A DNA stretch of 64,000 nucleotides from Vairimorpha necatrix (lineage: Eukaryota). Below, piece after piece: positions 1-12,136 of this stretch. Positions within the stretch are counted from its first letter, which is position 1. Each line of letters starts with the position of its first letter. The notes beneath the pieces are model-generated. The model searched no databases, was not told where the DNA came from, and worked only from the letters and a program-made list of their open reading frames with translations. Location of the stretch: assembly GCA_036630325.1 (NCBI GenBank), contig CP142726.1, positions 1,116,001 through 1,180,000 of the forward strand. The letters are read 5' to 3'. The translations under genes were made by a program, and so were the position numbers.

Positions 1-969
1 TTCTTTTTTTTGCCCCTTTTTTAAAAAAATGGAGGAGACAATTATGACTAGAGCAGAAATGGAAACAGTCTATAATATTTTATTTGACAAAAAAAGAAAC
101 AGTTATCCAAAGTGTGTAACGGTAGAATGAGGTTGCTTAGTAAACAGGTCACTATCTTAAAATGTACTTGGAAGAACTGAAAGAAGACATTTCAATGTGG
201 AAAGGCACATTCTTTGAACTTTAGACTCGATCATATCACAATTTTGCAGATACTTAATTTGTGGCTTCTAGGATATCCTCGTTAGTATATTAGCCAAATT
301 TTATGTTGTTCAAAACCTTCAAAATCGTTTAATTTAAAAAAGCTAAAGCAAATAGACATTTATGATAAATATTTATCATCTTTGGACAAGATGGGCGGGG
401 AAAATATTATATTAGAAATAGATGAAACTAAAATTGGAAAAATAAGTATAATAGAAGTAAACTAGTGAAAGGGTTTTGGTGTTTTGGAATGATAGAGCGT
501 TTTTTAAAACGAACTATAATAATTACGTATATTAAAAAAAGAGATAAAAAAGCACTTACTGACCTTTTATTTAAATATGTGAGCACGGAAAGTACTATAT
601 ACAGCGATATGTGGAAGGCTTACCGTTCCTTGGGTAATGATTTCGAGCAACATCACATGGTCAACCACTCATTACACTTTCGAGATCCTAATACTATGGT
701 TCATACCAATACCATAGAAGGTAATTGAGATCACTCAAAAATTCTATACCTAACCGAAATAGGTCTGCAAATAGTGCCAAATTTTATTTATTAGGTATAC
801 TTCGAAGAAATGCATCTAATTCTGTTTTTGATGCATTTTAAATTTATTGTTCTGATTTTTGTTTTTGTTCCTTCCTCATCGTTTTCTCTCCTCCATTTTT
901 TAAAAAAAGGGGCAAAAAAAAGAAAAAAAACCCTATATGCATTTTTGTTAGCTAAAGCTAACTTTAGCC
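1..969 (+). mobile_element. Merlin (IS1016/ISXO2-like DDE) DNA transposon, decayed copy; left end cut by the window start
   Basis: Transposase remnants MEETIMTRAEM (ATG at 29), EIDETKIGK, IYSDMWKAY, VNHS..F.DP...HTNTIEGN with several stops and frameshifts. Right TIR ends ...GCTAAAGCTAACTTTAGCC at 969. Clearly homologous to the copy at 56714-57732. Confidence 0.9.
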
Positions 970-1396
970 AATCCATTGTTAAAAAATATATGAATGATAT
1001 GTTTTTGCATATTGTCATAACATTAAATGCTTTTTTGTATATATAAGACACTGACAAAAAATTATATTAAAAAATCCATACGGCTAATCCAAACATTTTC
1101 TTAGTGTAATATAAAAAATCGGAAGTTGATCAAGAGCAACAAAACATAATATCACTTTACAAGTAGTAATAGTTTCATTTCTGAATAAATAAAACGCAAT
1201 TTAAATCTTATATCTTACATGTTTTGTTTTATTGCAATGTAAGAAAAGAGGTTCGTACATCTAATTTTCATATAATTCATTGATTTGTCAACTTTTTAGG
1301 TAATTTAATGTTCTGATGTATGAGTATAAAATGTGCAGTAAAAAAATGAAAAAAATATGATTGCTACGTTTATAGCTCTAATAAATATACACAGAA

Positions 1397-2266
1397 TTAC
1401 AACTTTTTATTATTTTTTACGTTCTCAGTTTTTACCATTTCAAAAATGTTTTGTATAGACAACAGACATTTATTTAAATTTTCGTAGCTTTTTGTAATGC
1501 TTAGCGCCAATAACCTTAAAAGTTTTCTAATTTCATTTAACTCGACGGCATTAATAGCTGGTTCTAGTAATATAAAATTTTCTGCGTAATTAAATATTTT
1601 AATCAATGAAATACTATTCATTGATTTACGAATACAGTAATCCGCTGTTTTATGATGATTAATTAAATATTCATAATTATTTTCATTTAAGTAGCTGTAT
1701 ATATTGTAAAATTTAATGCCAATAAAATTTTCAACAAAATCAATGATAAAAATATAAAATTCTGTTTTATCAAAATTTAATTCTAGATTAATTAGAAGCT
1801 TTTTTAGAGTGTTGATGTAATTACTTGTATTATAATTCAACATAAATCGTTTATCATAATATTTTTTGTTATTTTCGCTAATTTTCCTGTAAACATCCTC
1901 ATTGATGAAAAAATTATCATCACAATGATCGAGAGTATTGATAACAGTATTTTTTATTGTTGATAGCTCATTTAAAACATCTAACATTTTGCCTAGTTCG
2001 ACAATAAGTAAATTATAACCATGGTTTCTTTTGTCTGATTTATTATATATAGCAATATAAAGTGCATATAGTTTCTCGGCATCCCTATAACTGTCATTTC
2101 TATCTAAACCTTCATACTCAAAAATGTCTTTAATCGAACTTTTATAATGCAAATTACATATCTTAAAGATATCGCCATCGTTGTCAAAATATTGGAAATT
2201 ATTTGAGCATAATATCGACACCAATATAAAAAAAAATATATAGAATTTTTTGTTTACTGATAACAT
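1397..2266 (-). CDS. Orphan secreted protein, 289 aa (paralog of 3884-4744)
   Basis: Long ORF with CCCT directly before the ATG and an N-terminal hydrophobic segment (FYIFFFILVSILCS). Aligns end to end with the neighbouring ORF. Confidence 0.8.
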   Translation of the reverse strand: MLSVNKKFYIFFFILVSILCSNNFQYFDNDGDIFKICNLHYKSSIKDIFEYEGLDRNDSYRDAEKLYALYIAIYNKSDKRNHGYNLLIVELGKMLDVLNELSTIKNTVINTLDHCDDNFFINEDVYRKISENNKKYYDKRFMLNYNTSNYINTLKKLLINLELNFDKTEFYIFIIDFVENFIGIKFYNIYSYLNENNYEYLINHHKTADYCIRKSMNSISLIKIFNYAENFILLEPAINAVELNEIRKLLRLLALSITKSYENLNKCLLSIQNIFEMVKTENVKNNKKL

Positions 2267-3883
2267 AGGGCAATTAATGCAAAAAATATTTATGTCTATA
2301 CAATTAAGTGCAAGAAAAAAAGGAAATTTTGCACAGAAACTACATCTATAATTTTACTATATCTTGATTAGAGGTCTCTTTGAATGCGCCGGCGATTTAT
2401 TATATGGCAAAATCAATAACGAAAGAGTGTGTTTATTCTATTAGACAATTTAATACCTATATTTTGGGAAAAATAGAAGCAATTTTAATGAAATCAAGTA
2501 TGTTTGTTATAGTTCAATTAAATGAATTTGTTCTGTGTGCTAGATGATTTGTCATAAAAGTACAAAATTTTTTATCAATAATCAAATTCATACATCTTAG
2601 AATTGTAATATACAATAATATTATTAAAATTTAAATTATGTAGAACTGTCTTGTAATATTTTAATCTATAGATAAAGTAAAATAAGTTTTTTGTTTATCA
2701 ATCAAACTACTATAGGTTCCGTGCTTATTTTCAAATTTTGAGACCGAACTACAAAAAAGGTAGGCGCATAAGTTATATTTTTAAGTACATTAAAAAAGTT
2801 AAAATTATTATATTTTTGATATTAAATTTTATACAATGCGTAAAATATAAAAATTAATGATATCAGACGATCTTTTTGATGAACTGTATTTTTTGGTTTA
2901 AAGTTTCTTTACATAAAATAAATTGTTGATGTAATATGAGAACAAAGATAGCTTAATATTGAAAATAATATAAAACCTGAAAAATTGTTTATTTTATATA
3001 TTTCCCACACCAATAGGTATATAAAGTTAAATTTTTTTTGCAAAATTAAAAAGACTTATAATTGATAAATATATAATATAAAAATATATTTCGAATAAAT
3101 TTTTTTATCTTTCATCCTAAAATTTTTATCAAGAAAAAAAATCAGAATTAAAATTATTTTACCTCATTATAATAATAATTTGATTTTTATGGTTTATCCT
3201 AGTTATATACTAATTATTTTAGAAAAAAATCTATGAACTATCATTAACATTATATTTAATAAAAAATTACGTCGAGTAATTTGATTTTAGTAGACATCAT
3301 AAGATCGAGAGTAATCTTGACCATTCTCACTTCAAGAGCAACCTTGAAATACATGTCAATTGTCTTAAAATTCCAGAATGGCTATATTATTAGATTCCTT
3401 TGTGAGACGCTGCAATTTAATTGCGTATAATGGAAACTAAACAAAATATTTTCTCGGCCACAGATGGATTTATTACTACATAACATCGACCATTGTTATT
3501 ATAATGTCCAAATCGCCTTAAAATCACTCTGTAATTCTTATGATGCGATTATAAAAAATATTTTGATCATGTTCAAAACAAATTTTTAACATTTATTGAT
3601 TATTGAATCTTAGATATTCACATATAATAAAACTTTGTTCGCGTTGTTATGCTTTCTATTTTCTTTGGCTGTAATACATAAAAGTACAAGATTTTATTTA
3701 TATTATTAAATTTAGAGGTTACGTTTAAATTCTAAAAACTTCAATTCTAGACCTCATTTTTTGTAATATATTATACCTAAATTTAAAGATAGTATATCTT
3801 TTTGTTAAAGAATTTCTCTACTCGCGTAGAAATTAAACACGTAGTAAAAAATTTATTTATTACAAAATGCTTTTTATGTTTTA

Positions 3884-4744
3884 CTAATTTTTCACATTTT
3901 CCATTTCTATTAAATCACAGATATCTTTTATAGGAGACACATATTTATCAATATTTTTATAAGATTTTTCGATAAATTTTACTAATTGTTTCATATGCTT
4001 CTTAATGCTATGTAAGTCGTGTGTATTGATTGTAATCTCTTGTAATATGCATCCTTCTGTATGACATAATATTTTACTCAATGGAATATTATTAAATAAG
4101 TTGTGCATGCAGTATTCTAATGTTTGGTAATGATTAAGAAAAGTTTGATAATTGTTTTCAATATAATAATTGTGTGTAGTGTTTGATGGAAAATTAATAA
4201 ACTTTTCAACAAAATCAATAACATACATGTAAAAATCTATCTTATTTGGATTCAAATCTGCATTCGTAAAAAGTGTTTTTAGTGTTTTGATGTGAATGGC
4301 TGTATTACACCTCAATCTTAATCCCATGTCATAAAATTTTTTGTTTTTTACTCTAATTTGTCTTAAATGTTCATCATTGATATGAAAATCTTTGTCACAA
4401 TCTGTAGGTACATTGTTTAAATTATTCTTTATTAAGTTTAAATCATTAAAGATATCTATTGATCTACCAAGTTCAACCAAAAGCAAATAATGATCGTCTC
4501 TATTTTTTATTAATTGATTATCTATAACATTATAAAGAACATCTAGCTCTTTAGGTTTCAGTTTATTTAAATTTCTTTCCAAATACTCACACTCTACAAT
4601 GTCTTTCGCTGTTCTTTTGAAACGTAAATCATACATTTGAATTTTATGAGCTTTGTTTTTATCGAAATTTTCATTATTAATCGAACTAAATATCGAAGAC
4701 AAAATATGAAACAAAGTGTAGATGGTTTTGTTGCCTGATAACAT
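3884..4744 (-). CDS. Orphan secreted protein, 286 aa (paralog of 1397-2266)
   Basis: Signal-peptide-like N-terminus. Blocks shared with 1397-2266: YxLLxVELG, CDxDFxIN, NKKxYD, IxTLKxL, IDFVExFI, ENNY, ENVKN. Confidence 0.8.
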   Translation of the reverse strand: MLSGNKTIYTLFHILSSIFSSINNENFDKNKAHKIQMYDLRFKRTAKDIVECEYLERNLNKLKPKELDVLYNVIDNQLIKNRDDHYLLLVELGRSIDIFNDLNLIKNNLNNVPTDCDKDFHINDEHLRQIRVKNKKFYDMGLRLRCNTAIHIKTLKTLFTNADLNPNKIDFYMYVIDFVEKFINFPSNTTHNYYIENNYQTFLNHYQTLEYCMHNLFNNIPLSKILCHTEGCILQEITINTHDLHSIKKHMKQLVKFIEKSYKNIDKYVSPIKDICDLIEMENVKN

Positions 4745-7338
4745 CGTATTATAAATATAAACATTCTAATGTTTATATTTTTACAACGTTTAGAATGAGT
4801 CAAATGTTTACATTTCTATACAATAAAATTTAATGTATGTATAAGGTTGTTTTTTTTATACTGTGCAAATGTGAATTAGTTAATAGTAAAGAAAGAACAA
4901 AACCTACTTTTCTTATCCTTAAGTGATAACAACTATATATATTTTTGTAAAATAAATTATATAAAAAAATGATACTCTTTTAGTCGTTAGGTATAATTCA
5001 CTTATTTTTTTTGTGTTTGGCACAATTTAATAAATTAGATAATCAAATAATAATTAAATAATTATTGTAGTTCATTTTTATAGGGCCATGCAGAATTTAT
5101 TAAAGAAATATAATACAAAAATCTCAATTCAATCATTTAAAAGGAAAATTTTCGTGTTTTAATTGACAAATTTATACATAAAAAAATGTACAACTCTTTT
5201 TTATTAATAAGCTTGTTTTAAAAGAAGTTATTGCATTAAAAAAATGATTATTTGTGACAATAAGTTTTACTCTTTCTCTACAATCATTGTGTTTTTTAAT
5301 CTCTAAGTAAGTCTTTTATAATTTGCGAGCTGTTTATAAATTACGAAAATTAAGTGCAATTTTGAACGAGTTTATTATGAAAATTTTTTATACTCAGTGC
5401 TTCGTTTTCAACAACATTCTATTTGCACTTTATGTTAAAAATTAACGTAAAATATCACATATCAACAGAATATAACACAAATGAGAAAAAAAAGTTTTAT
5501 ATATAAGATATAGAGAAACTTCTTAAATTTTATAATGTTTGTACTAAAAATGTTATACTGATCCACGAAACTTATATGAATTCGGCCATTAATGTTTACG
5601 TCTAGTGTTAAAACGCTCTAAAGGGAAAGAATAATGTGAGGTTTATCCTTCTCTGCTTTATGTGAAATACTATATGAGGTATAAAGGAAGATAGCTGGTG
5701 CTTTCTAAATGTAATTTTTAGACAAATTAAAACCTCGACGAAGTATTGCATGGGGATCTTAAGAACCTTCCCGCAAAGGATTTTGTACTTTATTTGTTAA
5801 ACTTGTTGGCAACAAGTGGTCAACGACCGATAAACATGAACACATGATTTGGCGGAGAAAGCATGCGTGCGCAAGATATAGATAACATATAAGCTTCAGA
5901 GTTAATATGATTATTACTTTCCGTGTTATTTAACCCGTGACCGTTAAGTATATTTACTTCATATATTCCTAGATGCTATATTAATACAAATAAAAATCAA
6001 ATGGATTCGCAGTTTCTGCTCGAAAACTATGGTAATAGTCATTTTACTTAGTAAAAATCAAAATATCCGCCGTTGAAAACCACAGTCTTAAATCTCTCAA
6101 ATCCGCATGAGGGTTTCTTCTAACCTCTTGCTCGCAACTAACACCAATTGATAGACCAATCTTAACACATGACCAAAAAGTCTGATTTGCAAAAGCGCCA
6201 AATCTTAAGTTCTGCCTTGTAGGTTAGAAGTAATAGAAGTATGCTTTAATCTCATAGCTTCATTTTATCGTCCAACCTCGATAATAAGATTGATCTATGT
6301 GCGCAAAATTCAATTTAAAGATACAAATAAGAATAATATATATGCAGACAATACAAAGATTTGCATAGTTTCTAATGTTCTACTATATTTAATACAAAAA
6401 AACCATAGGACTAAGTTTACTCGTGTAAAATCTCTCTCTTAAGGTCAACTATTATGTATCACGAAACTTTTCTGCCAAAAATATTCCGCTCGTAAATTAG
6501 TTTCTTTTAAATATAATTTATACTAAATAATCTATAAAGAAAGTGATACTAGAACGAAGTCTCATGTTTTTTTTGTTGTAAATGAACGATATGTGTCTAT
6601 TGATATTGATAAAAAATCAATATCACTTGCAAAACAATAAATTCCTTTATTTTATGTGCTTGTAGATGCATTTCTAATAATATCATTGAAATTGCCTTGA
6701 AAATGCTTTGATAACTATAGCTTTTAATATTAAAATGAGAGTCCCATTTTTCATACAATGCAAAAAAATTCCGCACTACGCTTAATGAGCTTACGATTCG
6801 CCCCTCAACATCGCCTTATAAATGCTGGGTTTACTTGACTTTTCACTGTCAATATTTGATTAAACTTATCATATAATAGAGGTATCAGAAAACACTACTG
6901 CAACAAATTGCATTCACAAGTATGCTATAGAATTAAATTTATATTGAATTACTCCTAAAGTTTTTGCCGGAAAGACAGGCAAACGGCTTCTTTCTTAAAA
7001 ACAAAATAAAGCTCGCGAGAAAAGTAATAAACCAAGCAAGCTCCCAATAAACATGTATGCTTGATACCAAAGATGTTTATATAATGTCATATTCAAAAAC
7101 TCATCATGTCAGATTTATCAAAAATCCACATTGGCGGCTGGAAAAAATTTCCTCTCCGTATTTGGCATGTGTCAAATATTTCTGAAAAGAAACACACAAT
7201 TACATTAAGTTAGAAATTATAAAATGTAAAAATACATCAAGTTGCAATAAATACGATCTATTAATGCTTTCGGGCTTAAATTTTCATATTCATTTTTTTA
7301 TTTTTTTTTGCTATAAATTTGATGTTTTTTTTTACCCC

Positions 7339-7398
7339 AGAAAATGATGATTTAAGTTATCCCTGACTGAAGGCTGATGAAAAACTTTTTCTGATTCT
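7339..7398 (+). ncRNA. Box C/D snoRNA, snR38-like (predicted guide for LSU rRNA 2'-O-methylation at the yeast Gm2815 equivalent)
   Basis: Box C ATGATGA 7344-7350; guide AGTTATCCCTG 7355-7365; D' CTGA 7367-7370; C' TGATGA 7375-7380; D CTGA 7391-7394; terminal stem AGAA/TTCT. The guide is the reverse complement of conserved LSU CAGGGAUAACU. Confidence 0.85.
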
Positions 7399-7424
7399 CA
7401 TATTTTAAATTTTTTTAATCCTTA

Positions 7425-9230
7425 ATGGTTTTACCAGACTTGTACAACGTACAAAAGGAATTTATCAAAGACTGTAAAAGTATTATAAACAATTCAGAAA
7501 TCGGGATATTTTCTAGTCCTACTGGTACTGGCAAGACATTGTCTTTATTACTTAGTATTGTAGAATACATAACAGAATTTGAAGAAGAAGACGACTTACT
7601 TATTGAACATATCTTAGGTAAAAGTTCTAAAACTAAAATTTATTTTAGTTCTAGAACTCATTCCCAGTTAAAACAATGTTTAGCAGAATTTAAAAAAATC
7701 GAATTACGGACAAATTCAGTCATTTTAGGATCAAGAAAGATTTATTGTGTTAACAGAGAAGTCGACAACAAAGAAGAAATTGACAAAGTTAATCAAAAAT
7801 GTAGAGATTTAGTAAAAAATGAAAAATGTGAATTTTATAAAAAAGACATGTTTTTATCGGGAATATTTGATATTGAAGAATTGGTAAGAGAAGGTAGAAA
7901 AAATGGATGTTGTCCTTATTATTTTAATAAGGAATTTTATAAAAAGTGCGAGATCGTTTTTCTGCCTTACAATTTGCTTTTTAGTGAAGAATCGAGGAAT
8001 AATCTAAATATAAATTTATATAACAGTATTGTCATAATAGACGAAGCTCATAATATTATTGAGACAGTTAATAATATTAATACTAAAATAGTATATTTTG
8101 AGAATATGGAAAAATACAATTTCGCTTTTAAAAAATATTTAAAAATTTTACCATCAAAATCAAAGAGTAAAAATTGCATCTTAAAAATTATTGAAATTTT
8201 GGAAATTTTATTAAAATATAAAAATTCCCAATTATTAATAAAAGATGTAAATAATTTTCTGTTTGAATCCGACTTATTACATTTTAATATGTTAGATTTA
8301 GTAGAAGATTTAACTACAAATAATATTCCTGTAAAAATCGAATCCTATGGAAAATTTTTAAATAACAAAATTTACGAAATTATAAAATTTTTAACTTTAC
8401 TTGTCAATTCTGACACGAATTGTAAAGTAGAAATTTCAAGTAAATTTATAAAAATTTTTCCTGTTGACTCAAAATTATATTTTGAACCATTTTTCGATTG
8501 TCAATCAGTAATTTTTGCGGGTGGTACGATGGAACCCATTAAACCTTTACAAGACATTTTTAATACGAGAAATATTAAATATTTCTCATATGATTCTGTT
8601 GCCACAGATTTCAGGGCATTTATTATTAAAAATTTTAATTCTAAAATTTTTGAACTTACTGAAAAAACCAGAGATACTGATTTTATACAATCAGGTATTG
8701 TAGAAATCATTAATAAATTTCGAAATTCTATTAAATTTGGAGGTATTGTTGTATTTTTACCATCTAAATATTATTTGGAATTATTAAAAAGATTATTAAA
8801 AGATACAGAAGATTTATATTTTGAGAATTATGACATGTTTGAAGATTATAAAAAAAATGTAAAAAATAAAAGATGTCTTTTATTTGCAGTAATGGGTGGT
8901 AGATTAAGCGAAGGAATGAATTTTAATGATGATTTGTGTAGAGTTTTAATTATTTTTGGAGTTCCTTTTCCGAATTTGACGACTGAAATTACAGAAAAAA
9001 TTAAATATTTTGGTAAACAATTTTTATTAGAAAATACGATAAAGAAGGTTAATCAGACGATTGGTAGAGCGATCAGACATAAAAATGATTTCGCTAGTAT
9101 TTTTCTTATAGATTCGAGATATTGTAGATATAAAAATGAACTGAGTCCGTGGTTTAGAAATAAATGTCAAGTTACAGAATTAAATGCAGCGATAAAAGAT
9201 ACAGTGGAATTTTTAAGTCTTAAATTGTAA
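7425..9230 (+). CDS. CHL1: Chl1/DDX11-like Fe-S DNA helicase (XPD/Rad3 family)
   Basis: IFSSPTGTGKTLSLL (motif I), SRTHSQL, Fe-S cysteines (YCVN..KC..KCEFY..CCPYY), IIDEAHN, GGTMEP, GGRLSEG, NQTIGRAIRHKNDFA. Confidence 0.88.
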   Translation: MVLPDLYNVQKEFIKDCKSIINNSEIGIFSSPTGTGKTLSLLLSIVEYITEFEEEDDLLIEHILGKSSKTKIYFSSRTHSQLKQCLAEFKKIELRTNSVILGSRKIYCVNREVDNKEEIDKVNQKCRDLVKNEKCEFYKKDMFLSGIFDIEELVREGRKNGCCPYYFNKEFYKKCEIVFLPYNLLFSEESRNNLNINLYNSIVIIDEAHNIIETVNNINTKIVYFENMEKYNFAFKKYLKILPSKSKSKNCILKIIEILEILLKYKNSQLLIKDVNNFLFESDLLHFNMLDLVEDLTTNNIPVKIESYGKFLNNKIYEIIKFLTLLVNSDTNCKVEISSKFIKIFPVDSKLYFEPFFDCQSVIFAGGTMEPIKPLQDIFNTRNIKYFSYDSVATDFRAFIIKNFNSKIFELTEKTRDTDFIQSGIVEIINKFRNSIKFGGIVVFLPSKYYLELLKRLLKDTEDLYFENYDMFEDYKKNVKNKRCLLFAVMGGRLSEGMNFNDDLCRVLIIFGVPFPNLTTEITEKIKYFGKQFLLENTIKKVNQTIGRAIRHKNDFASIFLIDSRYCRYKNELSPWFRNKCQVTELNAAIKDTVEFLSLKL

Positions 9231-9441
9231 AGGAAAACGCTGTCTAGCACTTTATTAAATTACAATTTAAAAAAAAAATTCTAAAATTTTTAAAAGATTG
9301 TGTAGGAAATCGCTGTCTGCACTTTCTAAATAAAAATAAAAATTCTAAAATTTTTAAAAGATTGTGTAGAAAATCGCTGTCTGCACTTTATTAAATTACA
9401 ATTTTAAATAAAAAATTCTAAAATTTTTCAAAGATTGTGTA
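9226..9441. repeat. Imperfect tandem repeat, three ~66-75 bp units directly after the CHL1 stop
   Basis: Unit approximately GAAA(A/T)CGCTGTCTGCACTTT...AAAATTCTAAAATTTTTAAAAGATTGTGT seen three times. Confidence 0.85.
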
Positions 9442-9760
9442 TTTATCAAATCATATAATTAGTAAAAAAATAATATTATATGTTTAATAAATCAGATGAT
9501 ATAATTAAATCTATTTATTTCTATAATTTTAAGTACTTAGAAAAAAATCATATTTCTGATTAATTATGTTAAAATTTTTTATAAAAATTTTAATCTTTAT
9601 AATTTTTATTTAATACGGCGAATTATTTTTGATTTTTATTATCACACCAATATTTAAAGAATCTAAATTGAACATTCAAATTCTGCCATGTCAATATTTT
9701 ATTAAAAATTTAAAACCTACATAACATAGATAGCATTTGAAATTAAATAATCTTACCCAT

Positions 9761-10060
9761 ATGAATATTTTACATTTATTCTATCTATCTATATGCTCTA
9801 CAACAGAACATAATCAATTATCTACATTTGATTATAGTACTAAAGAGCAATCTAGTAGTAAAAAATGCTATTGTGAGTTGCTTTTAGAGTTTAACCAGGA
9901 ATATAAAAGACTTAAGAAGAAAAATAATAAGAATATTGATGAAGAAGTTAATAAATTGATATCAAATTATACGACTAAATTCATGATAAAAAATAATATA
10001 AAAGACGACCATATCAGGAAACAATACGAGCAAATATTACGAGAGCATAAAGTTGAATAA
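9761..10060 (+). CDS. Small orphan protein, ~99 aa, probable signal peptide
   Basis: CCCAT precedes the ATG at 9761; hydrophobic N-terminus MNILHLFYLSICS. Confidence 0.65.
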   Translation: MNILHLFYLSICSTTEHNQLSTFDYSTKEQSSSKKCYCELLLEFNQEYKRLKKKNNKNIDEEVNKLISNYTTKFMIKNNIKDDHIRKQYEQILREHKVE

Positions 10061-10089
10061 AAGCTTTATTTAAATTTTTATGTTTTTTT

Positions 10090-10629
10090 TCACATGGGGA
10101 AAAATGAGTCTTCTATTTTCTTAATCTTTAAAGTGAGCCTAGGTCCAATTTCCGTCAGTCCAACTTTAATATCTTCCTCTTCTACTGTCTCTATTTTGTA
10201 ATGTCTAATTTCTATATTCTCGCCATTAAAAGCAAAGTGCAAATTTCTCATTGGCGTCTTCCCCGGATGACTCAATTTTTTAAAAAATTCTTCGTGTTCA
10301 GATTTGCCAGAAAAAGTGATTACTGGGTCAGAAGAATAAATTTGATTATTAAAAGGTCGAATTTTAGTAGAATGTTCTTCTACGCTGAAAGTGATGGTAG
10401 GCCCATTTGGTCTCTCTCCTATTTTTATGTAGTTGTCGCCAGTTACAATAAAATGACTCATTTTTAGTTCATCTGCTAATGTTTTATATTTCTTTATAGA
10501 TATGTTTTTATCTTGTAATTTGTAAGTTGTGTTTGGTAAAAAGAGTTTTCTTAAGTGAGTACACAAGATCTTCCCTTGTTTCTTTGCATTTTTTGAAGGA
10601 ATGACTAGTTTGTTAATATTTTCATCCAT
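10090..10629 (-). CDS. SSF1: Brix-domain ribosome biogenesis protein, Ssf1/Peter Pan-like, miniaturised (179 aa)
   Basis: Start moved to CCCCAG-ATG (MDENI). Motifs LRKLFLPNT, SHFIV, PNGPTITF, LTEIGPRLTLKIKKIE. Confidence 0.75.
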   Translation of the reverse strand: MDENINKLVIPSKNAKKQGKILCTHLRKLFLPNTTYKLQDKNISIKKYKTLADELKMSHFIVTGDNYIKIGERPNGPTITFSVEEHSTKIRPFNNQIYSSDPVITFSGKSEHEEFFKKLSHPGKTPMRNLHFAFNGENIEIRHYKIETVEEEDIKVGLTEIGPRLTLKIKKIEDSFFPM

Positions 10630-10897
10630 CTGGGGATAAAAAAAAATAAGAACAAGCTTAAAAAATAAAATTGGCATAAAATATTTTGCAAGATATTTGC
10701 ATAAAAATTGAATAAATATTTTGCAAGATATTTGCATGAAATAAAATTAGCATAAAATAGTAAGTAAAATTAAAAAGTTTGCATAGAAATTAAAATAAAA
10801 TCAGCATAAAATAAAAGTTAAATTAAAAAAATTGCATTAAAATTAGTACTAAACTAAATATAAACTTGCAGAAATCATTTTTTTGCATAATTTTTTA

Positions 10898-11617
10898 TTA
10901 TTCCCATTTGCTAAAATCTTCTATTTCTTCATCTTCATATTGAAAATGCTCCTTCTCTTTCTTCGGCGCGCTTTTCAAGGATGTCGCCCAGCTCATGGTC
11001 TGCGACTTTATTATCATAGCAGAAGGAATGATGACATTTCTGCCAAATTTCTCGCCATATTCTAGTGTCTTGTTTTTGACTCCTTTTACGCCAGAGAAAA
11101 AAGTAGAAGAAATTTCACTCAGTTTATCATAGAAAGTATTTGGTGTCTCTTCTTTGATATGACGCTTGGGCTCATAAATCCTATCTCTTTTCACTTTCCT
11201 TTTATTCTGTGCCGAGTTATATTCTTCCTCGTCTAATCCTAATTTCTCAAATACTGAAGCTTTAAGCCTCTCCCCGTATTTCTTAACTACTGGCTCAAAA
11301 TATAAAACATTGCTTTCTTTATCCTGTAAATTGTGCTTATTGATCATTTCTCTAAATTTGTCATTTCCTCCCAATTCCATAAATAAATACTCCATTTTAT
11401 TCCATTTGTCCATGTTTATGCTTTTTACAAAACTCAAATTCACTCCAAGAGATCTGTGCGTGGAAGTGCAGTCAAAACATAAAAATATTCCATAAGTCTT
11501 AGACGCCCATTGTGTATTCGGAATATTACAATCAATACATGTATTATTACCAGATACATGTAGTAAATTGGAGATCTGTTTATTGTAAGTATCTTCATTA
11601 ACAAATTTGTCAGTCAT
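10898..11617 (-). CDS. ARF GTPase-activating protein (Gcs1/Glo3 family)
   Basis: GNNTCIDC...WAS..YGIFLCFDCTSTHRSLGVNLSFVKSINMDKW...GGN zinc-finger ArfGAP domain. Confidence 0.93.
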   Translation of the reverse strand: MTDKFVNEDTYNKQISNLLHVSGNNTCIDCNIPNTQWASKTYGIFLCFDCTSTHRSLGVNLSFVKSINMDKWNKMEYLFMELGGNDKFREMINKHNLQDKESNVLYFEPVVKKYGERLKASVFEKLGLDEEEYNSAQNKRKVKRDRIYEPKRHIKEETPNTFYDKLSEISSTFFSGVKGVKNKTLEYGEKFGRNVIIPSAMIIKSQTMSWATSLKSAPKKEKEHFQYEDEEIEDFSKWE

Positions 11618-12136
11618 GTTATTTACATTCGGGGCAATTTATTTATATTTTGAAACAAAACAAGAAAAATCAAAAAAAAAATAAAGAAAAAAAGGAGAAC
11701 AAATCTCATAAATATGAAGATATTTCGGATTATTTTCTCATTGATTTTTTCTTAATTTATTTTTCATTTGTCCATTTCTTAAATTATTAGATTAATCATT
11801 TCTAATTTAAGATTTGTATAATTTTTGATAAATTCATTGGTGGGGAATTCTTCGAATTTTCATTTCTTAGTTCTTTTTTTATAAAAATTATTCGTTTCAA
11901 ATTTATAAATTATGTCGATATTATCATATGGATTTATATGTTATATCGACATTATTGAATGGATTTATAGATTAAATCGACATTATTCGTCAAAGATAAG
12001 TCCTAAGTCAAAATCATACATTTCTATTTTTATAGATTTACCGAATTGTGCATTAAAATATTTCTCAGTGTGATCTATAGACTTTATAATTTTAAATAAT
12101 GTCAAAATCTTATTGCAAAATTTATATATTTTTGTG

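Noticed and set aside
4800-7300. Possible decayed genes or transposons in long spacers (also 28300-31200, 47800-48700, 57750-58300, 62200-64000)
   Set aside because: Patches are GC-richer, but I could not recover any recognisable protein motif or terminal repeat by eye; left uncalled.
11590-11627. Short spliceosomal intron starting GTAAAT at the ArfGAP start
   Set aside because: Splicing to the nearby AG would destroy the ATG, and the acceptor is AAG.
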